Shown: positions 47,583 through 56,876 of the stretch, piece after piece
Position numbering within the stretch: position 1 is the stretch's first letter
Layout of the letters: each line of letters starts with the position of its first letter
DNA from: an uncultured Chloroflexia bacterium
GTDB taxonomy: Bacteria > Chloroflexota > Limnocylindria > Limnocylindrales > CSP1-4
Direction: 5' to 3'
NCBI GenBank assembly: GCA_963748625.1
Contig: CAVVJT010000010.1
Span: 1,216,001 to 1,280,000, forward strand
DNA length: 64,000 bases
The notes under the pieces: model-generated
Database searches by the model: none
Told to the model about the DNA's origin: nothing
The model's input: only the letters and a program-made list of their open reading frames with translations
Position numbers and translations under genes: made by a program

Positions 47583-49402
47583 GGCTGCTGCCCCCCGAAC
47601 TGCTCGCGCGCCTGCTGGTAGGCACGGAGCACGTCCTCGAAGCCGCCCGTCGAAGGGCCATCGTCGGCGGAGGTCCACGTTGCCGCCTGGGAGCCCGGTT
47701 CGATCACGGCGTCACCGAGCGTCGTCTTGTGCAGCCAGCCCTCAGTGCCGTTCGGGCACAGGACGCGCCAGTACATGCCGTGCTTCTCGACCAGGACCAC
47801 CTCGTCGCCATGGTCCAGCACGCCGATCTCGCGACCGGTCACCTCGTCGGGCGCTGAGAGCAGGCTCACAAGGCGGTAGCGGATGAGGCGGCGTTCGAGG
47901 CCGCTGACCGCGGCATCGGCGGAGCCCTGGAAGGTGAGCTTGACCGAGCTCACCGGCGCGCTGCGGATCGGGTCGTTCTTGCGGGCCTCAATCAGGGACG
48001 GGCGCCGCCAACGGGGCAGATGGGCATCGATGTCACCCACGCCGACGACCGGCATCACAGCGGCCTGCACGGCAGCTGCCGCAGCGGCGGCGATGACCGG
48101 CGTCGGGGACACCGGCACCGGAGCGACGGCGATGCCCGCCGGGACGAACCCCAGGCCTCGGGCGGCTGCGTCGCCCAGCACCGCGTCGGACGCGGTCTGC
48201 TGCTCGTCGCGCTTGCGCTTCCCGAAGGCGAGAAACGCCATGCCCATCGCGACGGCACCCGTGGTCGCCACGAGCACCGGGGCAGCTTGGAGCAGCATCG
48301 CAAGCAACGAGGGTGAGCCACCAGGCAGGCCGGCGCTGTCGTCCACGATCCCGCCGGGACCGGTCCCGCCGGCGGGCGAGCTTCCGGATCCGGAGCCACC
48401 CGACCCGCCTGCTCCACCGGGCCCACCCCGGCCATCGATACCTGCCGCCAGGCCCGTGAGTCCAAGGGCGACGCCAGTCTCGTGCGAGGCGTCGTCGGAT
48501 GCCGCGGCGTCGGGGGCGGTCGAGCCAGCGGGCGTCTCGGGCGCTGCCGCAGGATCGCCCGTCTGCTCGGGCTGGGCCGGGTCCGCGGATCCAGGGGCCG
48601 CCGTGGGCTTCGGAGTCGGCTTCGGAGTGGGCTTGGGCCTGGGGGTCGCCTTGGGGGTCGCCTTGGGGGTCGCCTTGGGCTTCGGCGTTGGTGATGCCGT
48701 CGGCTTGGGGGTCGCCCTAGGGGTCGCGGTGGCCCTGGGGGTCGCGGTGGCCCTGGGGGCGGGCGTCGCGGTCGGCTTGGGCGTGGGCGCCGGTGTCGCG
48801 GTCGGCTTGGGCGTGGGCGCCGGTGTCGCGGTCGGCTTGGGCGTGGGCGCCGGTGTCGCGGTCGGCTTGGGCGTGGGCGCCGGTGTCGCGGTCGGCTTGG
48901 GCGTGGGCGCCGGTGTCGGCTTGGGCGTGGGCGCCGGTGTCGGCTTGGGCGTGGGCGCCGGTGTCGGCTTGGGCGTGGGCGTCGGCGCTCCCGTGATCGT
49001 CACGTTGGGTCCGTCGATGTCCGCGTAGGTGTCGTTGCGATCGGTGGCGCTGTAGCGCGCCCCCCAGCTTCCGGCCGGGAGCTTGGTCGTGACCTCGAAG
49101 CGCACACCTCGCCGCCAGGAGTCGCCCAGCGGCTGCATCTCGTACGTGGAACCCGCAACCCGGAGGCGGACGTAATCCGGGGCAAGCCCCTCGCTGTTCT
49201 CATACTCGACGGCGAAGGTGATCTTCGTGTCCGTCGTGCCGCTCGAGGGCGAGGCACCCTTGTTGACCAGCGTGATCTTCGGGGACGAGCCGTTCGGGCC
49301 AGGCGCGGCGCGGGGTCCCGTGGGGGCCGCCGCTGCGGGCAGCGCCGTCGCAACGATCAGCAGGAGCGCAGCAAGCCAGGCCCTGACCGCAGGAGCGGCC
49401 AT
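47579..49402 (-). CDS. Membrane protein with Pro/Thr/Lys repeat stalk and C-terminal SH3-like domain
   Basis: Signal peptide, beta-rich domain, PTPKPT(AT)PA repeats, TM + KRKR, LDHGDEV...[13 protein letters not shown]. Confidence 0.75.
   Translation of the reverse strand: MAAPAVRAWLAALLLIVATALPAAAAPTGPRAAPGPNGSSPKITLVNKGASPSSGTTDTKITFAVEYENSEGLAPDYVRLRVAGSTYEMQPLGDSWRRGVRFEVTTKLPAGSWGARYSATDRNDTYADIDGPNVTITGAPTPTPKPTPAPTPKPTPAPTPKPTPAPTPKPTATPAPTPKPTATPAPTPKPTATPAPTPKPTATPAPTPKPTATPAPRATATPRATATPRATPKPTASPTPKPKATPKATPKATPRPKPTPKPTPKPTAAPGSADPAQPEQTGDPAAAPETPAGSTAPDAAASDDASHETGVALGLTGLAAGIDGRGGPGGAGGSGGSGSGSSPAGGTGPGGIVDDSAGLPGGSPSLLAMLLQAAPVLVATTGAVAMGMAFLAFGKRKRDEQQTASDAVLGDAAARGLGFVPAGIAVAPVPVSPTPVIAAAAAAAVQAAVMPVVGVGDIDAHLPRWRRPSLIEARKNDPIRSAPVSSVKLTFQGSADAAVSGLERRLIRYRLVSLLSAPDEVTGREIGVLDHGDEVVLVEKHGMYWRVLCPNGTEGWLHKTTLGDAVIEPGSQAATWTSADDGPSTGGFEDVLRAYQQAREQFGGQQP
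48600..48985. repeat. Coding tandem repeats ([18 protein letters not shown] units)
   Basis: 30-bp unit GTCGCGGTCGGCTTGGGCGTGGGCGCCGGT, a 24-bp variant and shorter units. Confidence 0.85.
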
Positions 49403-49730
49403 GGTTCGCGCAGGGCGGACGAGCTGCTTCACGAGGATCGCCACAAGCGGCTTCCTGCCTCCAAGTCCCCGGACAACGGGGGGTGCGAGGTGGAGCATGC
49501 TCGCCAGCCTGGCCGCGTTCTATGGTACGGGGGTCCCATCACGACGTGAACGCCCGGCCCAGTGTCCGGAGGCCGGGCGGATGCCGGTGCGACAGGTTCC
49601 GGTGCGCCCGCGCACCGGCCGTTGGGGGGGGATTGGTGGGGTCTGCGGGGGTGAGGAGCCCCGATCCTCCCACCGGCGTAGTCGCATCCGGCTACTGGCG
49701 CTTCGCGCGCGAAAGACCGACTGTTCAGCC

Positions 49731-50489
49731 ATGCAGGTCATCTCCGCTTCCCGCTCGGCGCCCCGAGCGGACCGCGTCGCCGTCGCCCGGTCCCTGCTCG
49801 TGGCCACGCTGCTTGTCGCGGCCGGCACATCCCTGGGCTGGCTGTGCCTCGGCACGCCGCTCGTGAGCGCCTACACGCCAGCCGGCTGGGTCTCAGCCTC
49901 CGAACTGGCGGTCGGGGTGCTGGTCTGGGGCTTCGCGATCTTCGTACCGGCGAGCTTCCTGCTGCTGGGCGTCGCCCAACTCGCCGTGATCGTGGACGAC
50001 CTCAACGCAGGCCGGCCGCGGTCGCTGACTCCCCAGCTGGCCTCGGCACTCGGGTCCGACCACCTTGCCGCCACGGACCTCGTGCTGCCGGGCGGCCGAC
50101 GTGTGAACGAGCTCGTCATGGGCCCGTTCGGGATCGTCGTCTTCGGCGAGGTCCCGCCGGCGTCCATCAGCCGGTTCGTCGGTTCGCGCTGGGAGATCAA
50201 GGACACGAAGGGCCGCTGGATCCCCATCGAAGGGCCGGTTGAGCGTGTGACGCGAGACGCGGAGCGGGTGCGGGGCTGGCTCAGCGACGATGACCGAGAC
50301 TTCGTCGTGCGGGTCTACGCGGCGGTCGTCACCGACGACCCGCGCATCCAGCGCAGCCCGACCTGTGCGGTGATCTCCCCGGCGGACCTGACCTCATGGC
50401 TGGCCGCGCTGCCGTTCCAACGGGGACTCACGGCGGACCGCCGGGAGCGCCTTGCCGGAATGATCTGGCAGGTCGCGGCGCGCAGGTAG
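49731..50489 (+). CDS. Two-TM membrane protein with degenerate NERD-like domain
   Basis: Two TM helices then DLVLPGGRRVNELVMGPFGIVV. Confidence 0.6.
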   Translation: MQVISASRSAPRADRVAVARSLLVATLLVAAGTSLGWLCLGTPLVSAYTPAGWVSASELAVGVLVWGFAIFVPASFLLLGVAQLAVIVDDLNAGRPRSLTPQLASALGSDHLAATDLVLPGGRRVNELVMGPFGIVVFGEVPPASISRFVGSRWEIKDTKGRWIPIEGPVERVTRDAERVRGWLSDDDRDFVVRVYAAVVTDDPRIQRSPTCAVISPADLTSWLAALPFQRGLTADRRERLAGMIWQVAARR

Positions 50490-50501
50490 TCCGACCTGCC
50501 G

Positions 50502-50945
50502 CTAGGCCTCCGAGGCCGCGGCTCCGACGGCGATCCGCACGCGGTTGACGGCCTCGGCTTCCTTCTCCGACGTCCCGTCCACGCCGTCGGCGACGATCGT
50601 CGCAAGCGCGACCACCAGGTCGCGGAAGTCCGCGAGGTCCTCGGGAGCCTTCGCCTCCACCAGAGCCGCACCGGCGCGGATGTGGGCCAGCGCCGGCTCG
50701 CCGGCAAGATCCTCGCGGTTCTGCACGTCGTGGGGCTTCTTGCGGCCCTGGTGCTTCGCGAGGTCCGCGACCAGAGGGTTCCCATCTGTCGTGAGCGTGG
50801 CGAGGAACCGGCTGCCCGCAGCGGCCTCCTTCATCGAGTCCCAGAAGCCCGGGTAGTCCGAGCCACTGATATGGGAGCCGGCCATCATGACCGCCCACTG
50901 GAGCTGCTCCCACTCATCTTCGGTGAACGTGCGTCGGTCGCCCAT
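50502..50945 (-). CDS. Conserved hypothetical protein
   Basis: GGAGG RBS, protein-like sequence FTEDEWEQL...SEKEAEAV. Confidence 0.7.
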   Translation of the reverse strand: MGDRRTFTEDEWEQLQWAVMMAGSHISGSDYPGFWDSMKEAAAGSRFLATLTTDGNPLVADLAKHQGRKKPHDVQNREDLAGEPALAHIRAGAALVEAKAPEDLADFRDLVVALATIVADGVDGTSEKEAEAVNRVRIAVGAAASEA

Positions 50946-51029
50946 CTGATCCTCCCTCGTTGATCCCGGGTGGTGGCAGGCGCCTCCGCGGCCTTGGAGA
51001 GCAGCGAAGGCGGCGGTGTCGCGAGCCGG

Positions 51030-51488
51030 TCAGTCGCCCAGCAGGTCGTCCAGCTGGTCGCGGAAGTGGCGGATGTCGTCGATGTTGGCCTCGATCGTGT
51101 CGCCGATGAGCGTGGCCATGGCCGCCCCCCGCTCGGTCAGCTCCACGATCGATCCGCGCCGATCGCCGCGAACCGTCCCGTAGGTCCGCAGGATCAGGCC
51201 CAGCTCCTCGAGGCGATCGAGCCACTTGGTCAGCGCGCCGCTGGTGAGGTGCGTCGGCCCCATCAGGTCCCGCGGCCGCTGCGGGCCGTACAGCGCCAGG
51301 GCGGACAGCGTGAGCATCGGGATGTTGTGCGCGAGCTCCTGATCCCCGATCGCGTCGCCCAGCCTGGTCCCGACCCTCCGGCCGTTCATGGTCAACGCAA
51401 TCAGGACGAGTTGGCCGCGCGCAGGGGCCGCGTGGGGGTCGTGAGGCGGAGAGGTGTGGGTAACCGGATGCTGGGCAGGGTTGGTCAT
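51030..51488 (-). CDS. MarR-family transcriptional regulator
   Basis: LTSGALTKWLDRLEELGLI.R...DRRGSIVELTERG. Confidence 0.85.
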   Translation of the reverse strand: MTNPAQHPVTHTSPPHDPHAAPARGQLVLIALTMNGRRVGTRLGDAIGDQELAHNIPMLTLSALALYGPQRPRDLMGPTHLTSGALTKWLDRLEELGLILRTYGTVRGDRRGSIVELTERGAAMATLIGDTIEANIDDIRHFRDQLDDLLGD

Positions 51489-51555
51489 CATCGATCCTGG
51501 CAGGCCGCCAACGAGACGCTCGTGTGGTCCCATGGTGCCACGCCGGCGGTCGGCA

Positions 51556-52425
51556 TCATCCCTGTGTCTCCTCCATCGAACCGCGCGGGAAGCGGTTCCG
51601 GTAGTGCACGAGAGCCAGCAGCACCAGCGCCTGCACGATGGTGGAGCCGACCGCTGTGATCTGCTCCACGTACAGGCTGACCAGCCCGCCGGCCGTCAAC
51701 GCGACGGCACTCCCGACGATCGCGATCGTGATCCCCCGCGACTCGTTCCCCCGGCCGAGCAGGGCGCCGCCGATCACCAGCACCACGCCCGCGATCCCGA
51801 GGATCACCGTCTCGAGCCAGTAGTACAGGGGCTCCGACGGTCGCTCGATCCGCGTGGCCTCGCTCGTGATCGCTGTGATCAGGTTCTGCACCGTGGCCGT
51901 GTCGAGCGCGAGGTACACCGCCATGCCCAGCAGCCAGCTGATCCCGTAGAACAGGAGGACGGCCACCAGCAGGCGCCGATACCGCCGTCGTGGCAGGTGC
52001 CGCTCCTCCCAGCCCGACACCTGGGCGGGCGCCACCACCGCTGCCTGGCCACCCGAGCGGTGGCGGACCAGCAGGAAGACGAGGACGAGCACCAGGAGCA
52101 GGCCGTAGATCAGCGGCGCCGCGAGTGGGTAGAAGTAGTCGTTCGAGGCGGTGATGAACTTGCCAACCTCGTCGATGAAGAGGCCCGTCCCGGCGCCAGT
52201 GCCGATCGCCGCCAAGGGCATCACCCACGGGGCATCGACGATGAGCACAAGCAATGCCGCGGTCACGAGCAGCAGGCCGCCCCACAGCATGTGGGCGATG
52301 TGGAGCTCCCCGCCGCCCACCTGGGGGTATCCGGTCAGGTCCAGGAACCAGCGGGTGCCCACCACCGCGACGGTGAACGAGATGATGACGAGCAGGAGGG
52401 ACCGCTCGGCGCCCTGTCGGATCAT
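51556..52425 (-). CDS. Multi-pass membrane protein
   Basis: [36 protein letters not shown]; several TM segments. Confidence 0.75.
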   Translation of the reverse strand: MIRQGAERSLLLVIISFTVAVVGTRWFLDLTGYPQVGGGELHIAHMLWGGLLLVTAALLVLIVDAPWVMPLAAIGTGAGTGLFIDEVGKFITASNDYFYPLAAPLIYGLLLVLVLVFLLVRHRSGGQAAVVAPAQVSGWEERHLPRRRYRRLLVAVLLFYGISWLLGMAVYLALDTATVQNLITAITSEATRIERPSEPLYYWLETVILGIAGVVLVIGGALLGRGNESRGITIAIVGSAVALTAGGLVSLYVEQITAVGSTIVQALVLLALVHYRNRFPRGSMEETQG

Positions 52426-52497
52426 CGTGGCCTTTCAGTGGAGGGAGTGGCCGGCGGACAGCGTGCGGACGTGCCGCGGAGCGATCCGCCCCAAATC

Positions 52498-53565
52498 CTA
52501 GGTGGTTGCTGACCTCGCCGCAGCCAGCCGCTGAGCAGCGCGGCGCCGGCGGCGCTCGCCCGGCTCCAGGCGGTCGGCCGCCCAGGCGAAGGCGACGACC
52601 CGGTCGCGCAGGCGGCGGCCGCGCTTGTCGGCCGGCCTGGGCGCCGCAACGAGGGCGATCTCGTCCGGCGTCAGCTCCCCCCAGCCGTCCTGACGGGCGG
52701 CCTCAGCCGCGAGGAACGCGATCTCCGAGCGCCGGGTGCGGATGATGATGGCCACGAGCACGACCATCGGCAGGAACGCGACGGCGAGGGTGACCGCCGA
52801 GAGGTCATCCTGGCTGTTGAAGATCCCGTGGACCACCATCACCGCGACCGTCACGGCAATGGCGGCGAGCACGCGCCGGGCCCGCTGGCCTGCAGGCGCG
52901 CAGGCCACCCAGCCGATCGCCGCGCCGATGATGCCCGTGTAGACCGCATGGGTGAACACACCCACAGTGAAGCCGCGCAGGATGAGCATCGGCAGGAGCA
53001 TCGAGCCGACGTCCCCGCCTCCCTTGAAGAGCGAGCTCAGCGCGTAGACGGCGTCCTCGAACACCTGGAACCCGGCGCCCACGAGGACGCCGTAGAACAG
53101 GCCGTCGAGCGGGCGGAACCTGCGGAGCACCGGGATGAGTGCAAGGCCGATGACGCCGACCGCCTTCGCGGACTCCTCGATGACGGGTGATGACAACGAC
53201 GCGTGGGGGTCGGTGCCCGTCAGGCGCAGGAAGATGGTGGAGCTTGCGCCGTTGGCGCCGGCCGCAGCCCACGTCGCCGCGAGGCTGCCCCAGGCGAGCG
53301 CGAGCAGGATGCCGGTCCACGGCCGATCAGTGAACCGCTGGAAGGCGACCACGAGGGCGACTGCGACGACCCCGTACACCGCCCACATGCCCCAGGCCGC
53401 GAACGCCGGGGCGCCGATGCCCAGGGTGAGCTCACCGTTCGATTCCCAGACATCCCAGGCACCGAGGGCAATGCAGGCGAGCATCACCACGGCCACGGGC
53501 GAGACCCGGCGCACCGCGGCGGCGCGGCCAGATGCGGGGGCGGGCATGGCGGGGACTGCGGTCAT
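52498..53565 (-). CDS. prsW: PrsW-family intramembrane glutamic protease
   Basis: PVIEESAK, GFQVFED, HAVYTG, HGIFN. Confidence 0.88.
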   Translation of the reverse strand: MTAVPAMPAPASGRAAAVRRVSPVAVVMLACIALGAWDVWESNGELTLGIGAPAFAAWGMWAVYGVVAVALVVAFQRFTDRPWTGILLALAWGSLAATWAAAGANGASSTIFLRLTGTDPHASLSSPVIEESAKAVGVIGLALIPVLRRFRPLDGLFYGVLVGAGFQVFEDAVYALSSLFKGGGDVGSMLLPMLILRGFTVGVFTHAVYTGIIGAAIGWVACAPAGQRARRVLAAIAVTVAVMVVHGIFNSQDDLSAVTLAVAFLPMVVLVAIIIRTRRSEIAFLAAEAARQDGWGELTPDEIALVAAPRPADKRGRRLRDRVVAFAWAADRLEPGERRRRRAAQRLAAARSATT

Positions 53566-54107
53566 GCGCCCGCCTCCCCGATCGCCAGGCTGGACACGAT
53601 CTTGACGATCTCGTCCTTGAGGGTGGACCAGGCGGTGTCGGTGCCACCGACGGTGACGAGCACTGACTGGCCTCCCTCGACCACAGCGAAGTTGGCGACA
53701 AACTGCTGGGGCGCGAGCGCCACGGCCCAGGCCCCGCTGGCTCCCGAGTCCGTCGTGAACGTCTGCGGCTCGGTGATCTGCCACGCGGTGGAGGTGTCCT
53801 GGCGCTGGATGTCGAGCATCGGCGCGAGGACAGCGGCGGCATCGCCAGCGGCGGGTTGCGGCGGGAAGGCGGTGATCTGGGCGCCGTCCTTGCGCAGGAT
53901 GAGGATCGCCTTGGAATCCGCCGGCTGGACCCAGCCGGCCTCCGGGGTCAGCGTCACGCCGCCCAGGCTGGTCGGTCGGCCGGCGACCGTCTCGGTCTCG
54001 TTCGGGATGGCTGCGGCGATGCGTGGCATGCCGAGGGCGAGGAAGCCCACCCATGCGGCGATCAGCAGCGCGCCGATCCACTGGCTGGGGCGATTGTCGA
54101 TCGTCAC
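53562..54107 (-). CDS. Membrane-anchored hypothetical protein coupled to prsW
   Basis: N-terminal TM; ATGA overlap with prsW. Confidence 0.65.
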   Translation of the reverse strand: MTIDNRPSQWIGALLIAAWVGFLALGMPRIAAAIPNETETVAGRPTSLGGVTLTPEAGWVQPADSKAILILRKDGAQITAFPPQPAAGDAAAVLAPMLDIQRQDTSTAWQITEPQTFTTDSGASGAWAVALAPQQFVANFAVVEGGQSVLVTVGGTDTAWSTLKDEIVKIVSSLAIGEAGA

Positions 54108-54234
54108 GGTGGGCGGGGCTCCTCAGAGAGTGCACGGCAGTTCGTGCGGAAGGAATTGGCGGGACTCGCCCGATGAGGCAGGGCCCCGGACCGGTGATCG
54201 GCCCGAGGCCCGTGTCCAGGTCAGGCGATGGTGT

Positions 54235-55548
54235 CTAGCGGCGGCGCGAGGGCAGGCGGACGGCGACCAGGACACCGACGACGGTGGCGAGCAGGAGCGC
54301 CACCAGCGTCATCCAGCCCGGTGCGCCACCCTGGGCGGGCGAGCCGGGGGATGCGTCCGTCGGGGGCTGCGTGACGGTCGGAACGGAGGTGACCGTCACG
54401 ACGAAGCGGTCGGTCCCCGTGTTGCCGGACTGGTCGGTGGCCGTGCAGCTCACCGTCGTCTTGCCGACCTTGAACAGGCTCCCGGACGGCGGTGTGCACG
54501 TCACCTCCACGGTCCCGTCGATCGCGTCGGTGGCAACCGCGCTGAACGTAACCTTCTTGCCCTTCGAGGACGTGGTGGTCACCTTGATGTCCGGAAGGGA
54601 GCCTCCGCCCGGAGCCGTGATGACCGGGGCGTCGGGGTCGTTGACGATGACGTCGAACGTGGCGCTGTCGGTCATGTCATCGCTGTCGGTGACCGTGCAG
54701 GTGACGGTGGTCGGGCCGATCGGGAACGTGCTGCCGGAGGCCGGCACGCACGCGGGCACCAGGTTGCCGTCCTCAGGATCGGTCGCGGTCGCGGTGAAGC
54801 TGACAACCGCCCCGGCCGCGCTCGTGGCGACGGTGGTGATGTCGGCAGGGACGGTCACGACCGGAGCCTGGGGAAGGTCAGTCACCGTCAGCACAAACGT
54901 GATCGTGTCCGTCGCCGACAGCGAGTCGGCGCCGACGGTGATGGTGTACGGGCTGCCGGCCGCAGCCGTGAAGTCGGGGGCCAGGTGCAGCGTGCCTGCG
55001 CCGGACCCGTGGTCCGTCAGCGTGGCGTGGAGCTGCGCATACGAGCCCGCGTCGCTGTACAGCGTGATCGCGTCGAAGTCGTCGTCCGTCGCCTGGACCA
55101 GGAGGTCCCTCGTCGTGCCCTCAGCCATCGTCTGGTCCGGGATCACGTCGAGGATCGGGGCCGAGTCGGGGACCACTGTGGCCTGGAAGACCGCGTCGTC
55201 CGTCTCCCCGCCAGCCGTCGCGGTGACGGTGATCAGGTAGGGGCTGCCTGCAACGGCGCTGTTGTCGGGCGTCAGGCGAAGGGTGCCGGTGCCGTCGCCG
55301 TTGTCGACGAGCACGGGGTTCAGGTCGGCTGGAATGACCGATGTGGTCAGCACGATCGGGTCGCCGTCCGCGTCCTCGGCGTGCAGCGTGATCACGGTGG
55401 CGTGGTCCACGATGAGCGACTTGTCGAGGATCGCGTCGATGATCGGGGCGCTTGCGGCTGCGACCGGCGCCGCCGCGATCGTCCCGAGCAGGACGCCGGC
55501 CGAGACGAGGCCGAGTGCACGCCGCAAGACGCGCTGGTTGCGGGACAT
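54235..55548 (-). CDS. Surface protein with Ig/cadherin-like and HYR domains
   Basis: Signal peptide; two DGD/DNGDGTG Ig-like repeats; two HYR repeats (ATDPEDG...C.PASGSTFPIG.TTV.CT.TD); C-terminal QPPTD + TM + RRR. Confidence 0.82.
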   Translation of the reverse strand: MSRNQRVLRRALGLVSAGVLLGTIAAAPVAAASAPIIDAILDKSLIVDHATVITLHAEDADGDPIVLTTSVIPADLNPVLVDNGDGTGTLRLTPDNSAVAGSPYLITVTATAGGETDDAVFQATVVPDSAPILDVIPDQTMAEGTTRDLLVQATDDDFDAITLYSDAGSYAQLHATLTDHGSGAGTLHLAPDFTAAAGSPYTITVGADSLSATDTITFVLTVTDLPQAPVVTVPADITTVATSAAGAVVSFTATATDPEDGNLVPACVPASGSTFPIGPTTVTCTVTDSDDMTDSATFDVIVNDPDAPVITAPGGGSLPDIKVTTTSSKGKKVTFSAVATDAIDGTVEVTCTPPSGSLFKVGKTTVSCTATDQSGNTGTDRFVVTVTSVPTVTQPPTDASPGSPAQGGAPGWMTLVALLLATVVGVLVAVRLPSRRR

Positions 55549-55643
55549 GGACCTCACGTTGGGGGTCTCCTCTTCGGTGGGGATATGCGTCATGGGGCAA
55601 CGCGCGGCCCAGCGCATGCGGCTTTCGGCAGTTGCTTCGATTG

Positions 55644-55673
55644 AGAGTAATCTCCGGGTACAGCGAAATGCAA
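55644..55673 (-). promoter_or_regulatory. Putative sigma70 promoter for the HYR surface protein
   Basis: TTGCAT-18 bp-TACTCT in an AT-enriched patch. Confidence 0.45.
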
Positions 55674-55913
55674 TACCCCGGGAAGGGCCGGACGGGCACT
55701 GGCATGGAGCGGATCGGGACTGGAGAGCGCCGCATGTCCAGGGAACGGGCAGGTAGCCACGCTCAGCGCACTGCGCACCACCGCAGCGGTGGACGCGTGG
55801 AGACTGCCGCAAACAGTCACGGAACGGTCACGCGTCGAAGCCGCGGTCCCCGTGCAGACGGCCAATGGCAACCCCGCCCGGCGGTCCGGGCCTGAGCTCA
55901 GGGCAGCTCGGGT

Positions 55914-55989
55914 TGGTAGGGGAGCCAGGACTCGAACCTGGAACCAGCGGGATATAAGCCCGCAGCTCTAACCGTTGAGCTACTCCCCC
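55914..55989 (-). tRNA. tRNA-Ile (anticodon UAU)
   Basis: 76-nt cloverleaf GGGGGAG-TA-GCTC AACGGTTA GAGC-T-GCGGG CT TAT AT CCCGC-TGGTT-CCAGG TTCGAGT CCTGG-CTCCCCT-A-CCA. Confidence 0.93.
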
Positions 55990-56016
55990 ACGAGTCGCCG
56001 GACTGGCTGAACGGTA

Positions 56017-56304
56017 TCAGCCCTTGCGGCCGGGAAGCCTGCGGAAGAACGGAAGGCCGCGATTCATGCCGTCAGCGTCGCCGGCATCCGGCGCGAACGC
56101 CTGCCCCAGGGATGGGGTGGCCATCACGGTGGCCACCGCGAACTCCTCGACGAGCTGCTGGTCCAGCTCGGTGCGCTGGCTCTCAACGGGGAGGTCGTCC
56201 GGGTCGAACGGGCGGCTGGTCGTATCGATCGCCGTGGCGGGACGGGCATAGGCGGGTGCCCCGAAGAGCTTGGGCAGCGCGATGTACTCGCGTTCGTCGC
56301 TCAC
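56017..56304 (-). CDS. Small conserved hypothetical protein
   Basis: GTG start; YIALPKLFGAPAYARP...RPFDPDDLP. Confidence 0.6.
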   Translation of the reverse strand: MSDEREYIALPKLFGAPAYARPATAIDTTSRPFDPDDLPVESQRTELDQQLVEEFAVATVMATPSLGQAFAPDAGDADGMNRGLPFFRRLPGRKG

Positions 56305-56420
56305 GAGCTTCCGATCCTCATGCTGCAACCCCGGCGGACCATCGAACCGGATGATAACGGGATGGATGGCGCTGTGATGTGACCGTGGCGTGACAACGTA
56401 CGGGCCGGACGGACCATTCC

Positions 56421-56876
56421 TCACCCGCCGAGCAGCAGGGGCTTGAGGATCTCGTGGAGCAGGACGAGCACGAGATAGGCGATCGGGACCGCGGCGAACA
56501 GCCCCAGGGCGAGACTCCAGGGGGTCCGGGTGGCGCGGGTCGTGCCCCCGGCTGAGGGCAGCGGCACGAAGAAGTAGGTGAGCAGCGCTCCAAGCAGACA
56601 GACAACGGCGATGTAGAACGCCAGGTAGAGCAGGCGCAGGTCTCCGCCGGGCAGATCGGCGCCCTTGTCGAGCGCGATGTCGTAGGCGAGGAACAGGATG
56701 CCGAGGACCAGGGCCACGCTGAGGCTGCTCACGACGGCCCGCACCACCGGCCGCGGGGCGCGGCGGAACTGGCGCCAGCGGACCTCGAAGAAGCCGCGCT
56801 GCTTGACCTTGCGCGGGGCGGGACCGGTGGCGGGACCCGGGTCGGGCGGGCGCGACGCGCGACCGGGCTCAGCCAA
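56421..56876 (-). CDS. Hypothetical three-TM membrane protein
   Basis: FFEVRWRQFRRAPRPVVRAV then three hydrophobic helices; TTG start overlaps the upstream stop. Confidence 0.65.
   Translation of the reverse strand: MAEPGRASRPPDPGPATGPAPRKVKQRGFFEVRWRQFRRAPRPVVRAVVSSLSVALVLGILFLAYDIALDKGADLPGGDLRLLYLAFYIAVVCLLGALLTYFFVPLPSAGGTTRATRTPWSLALGLFAAVPIAYLVLVLLHEILKPLLLGG

Noticed and set aside
48600-48985. Regular repeats resembling a CRISPR array
   Set aside because: No unique spacers; in-frame coding repeats for a Pro/Thr/Lys stalk; no cas genes.
55914-55935. tRNA 3' end as the attachment site of an island
   Set aside because: No duplicate of the tRNA 3' end and no integrase seen in the window.
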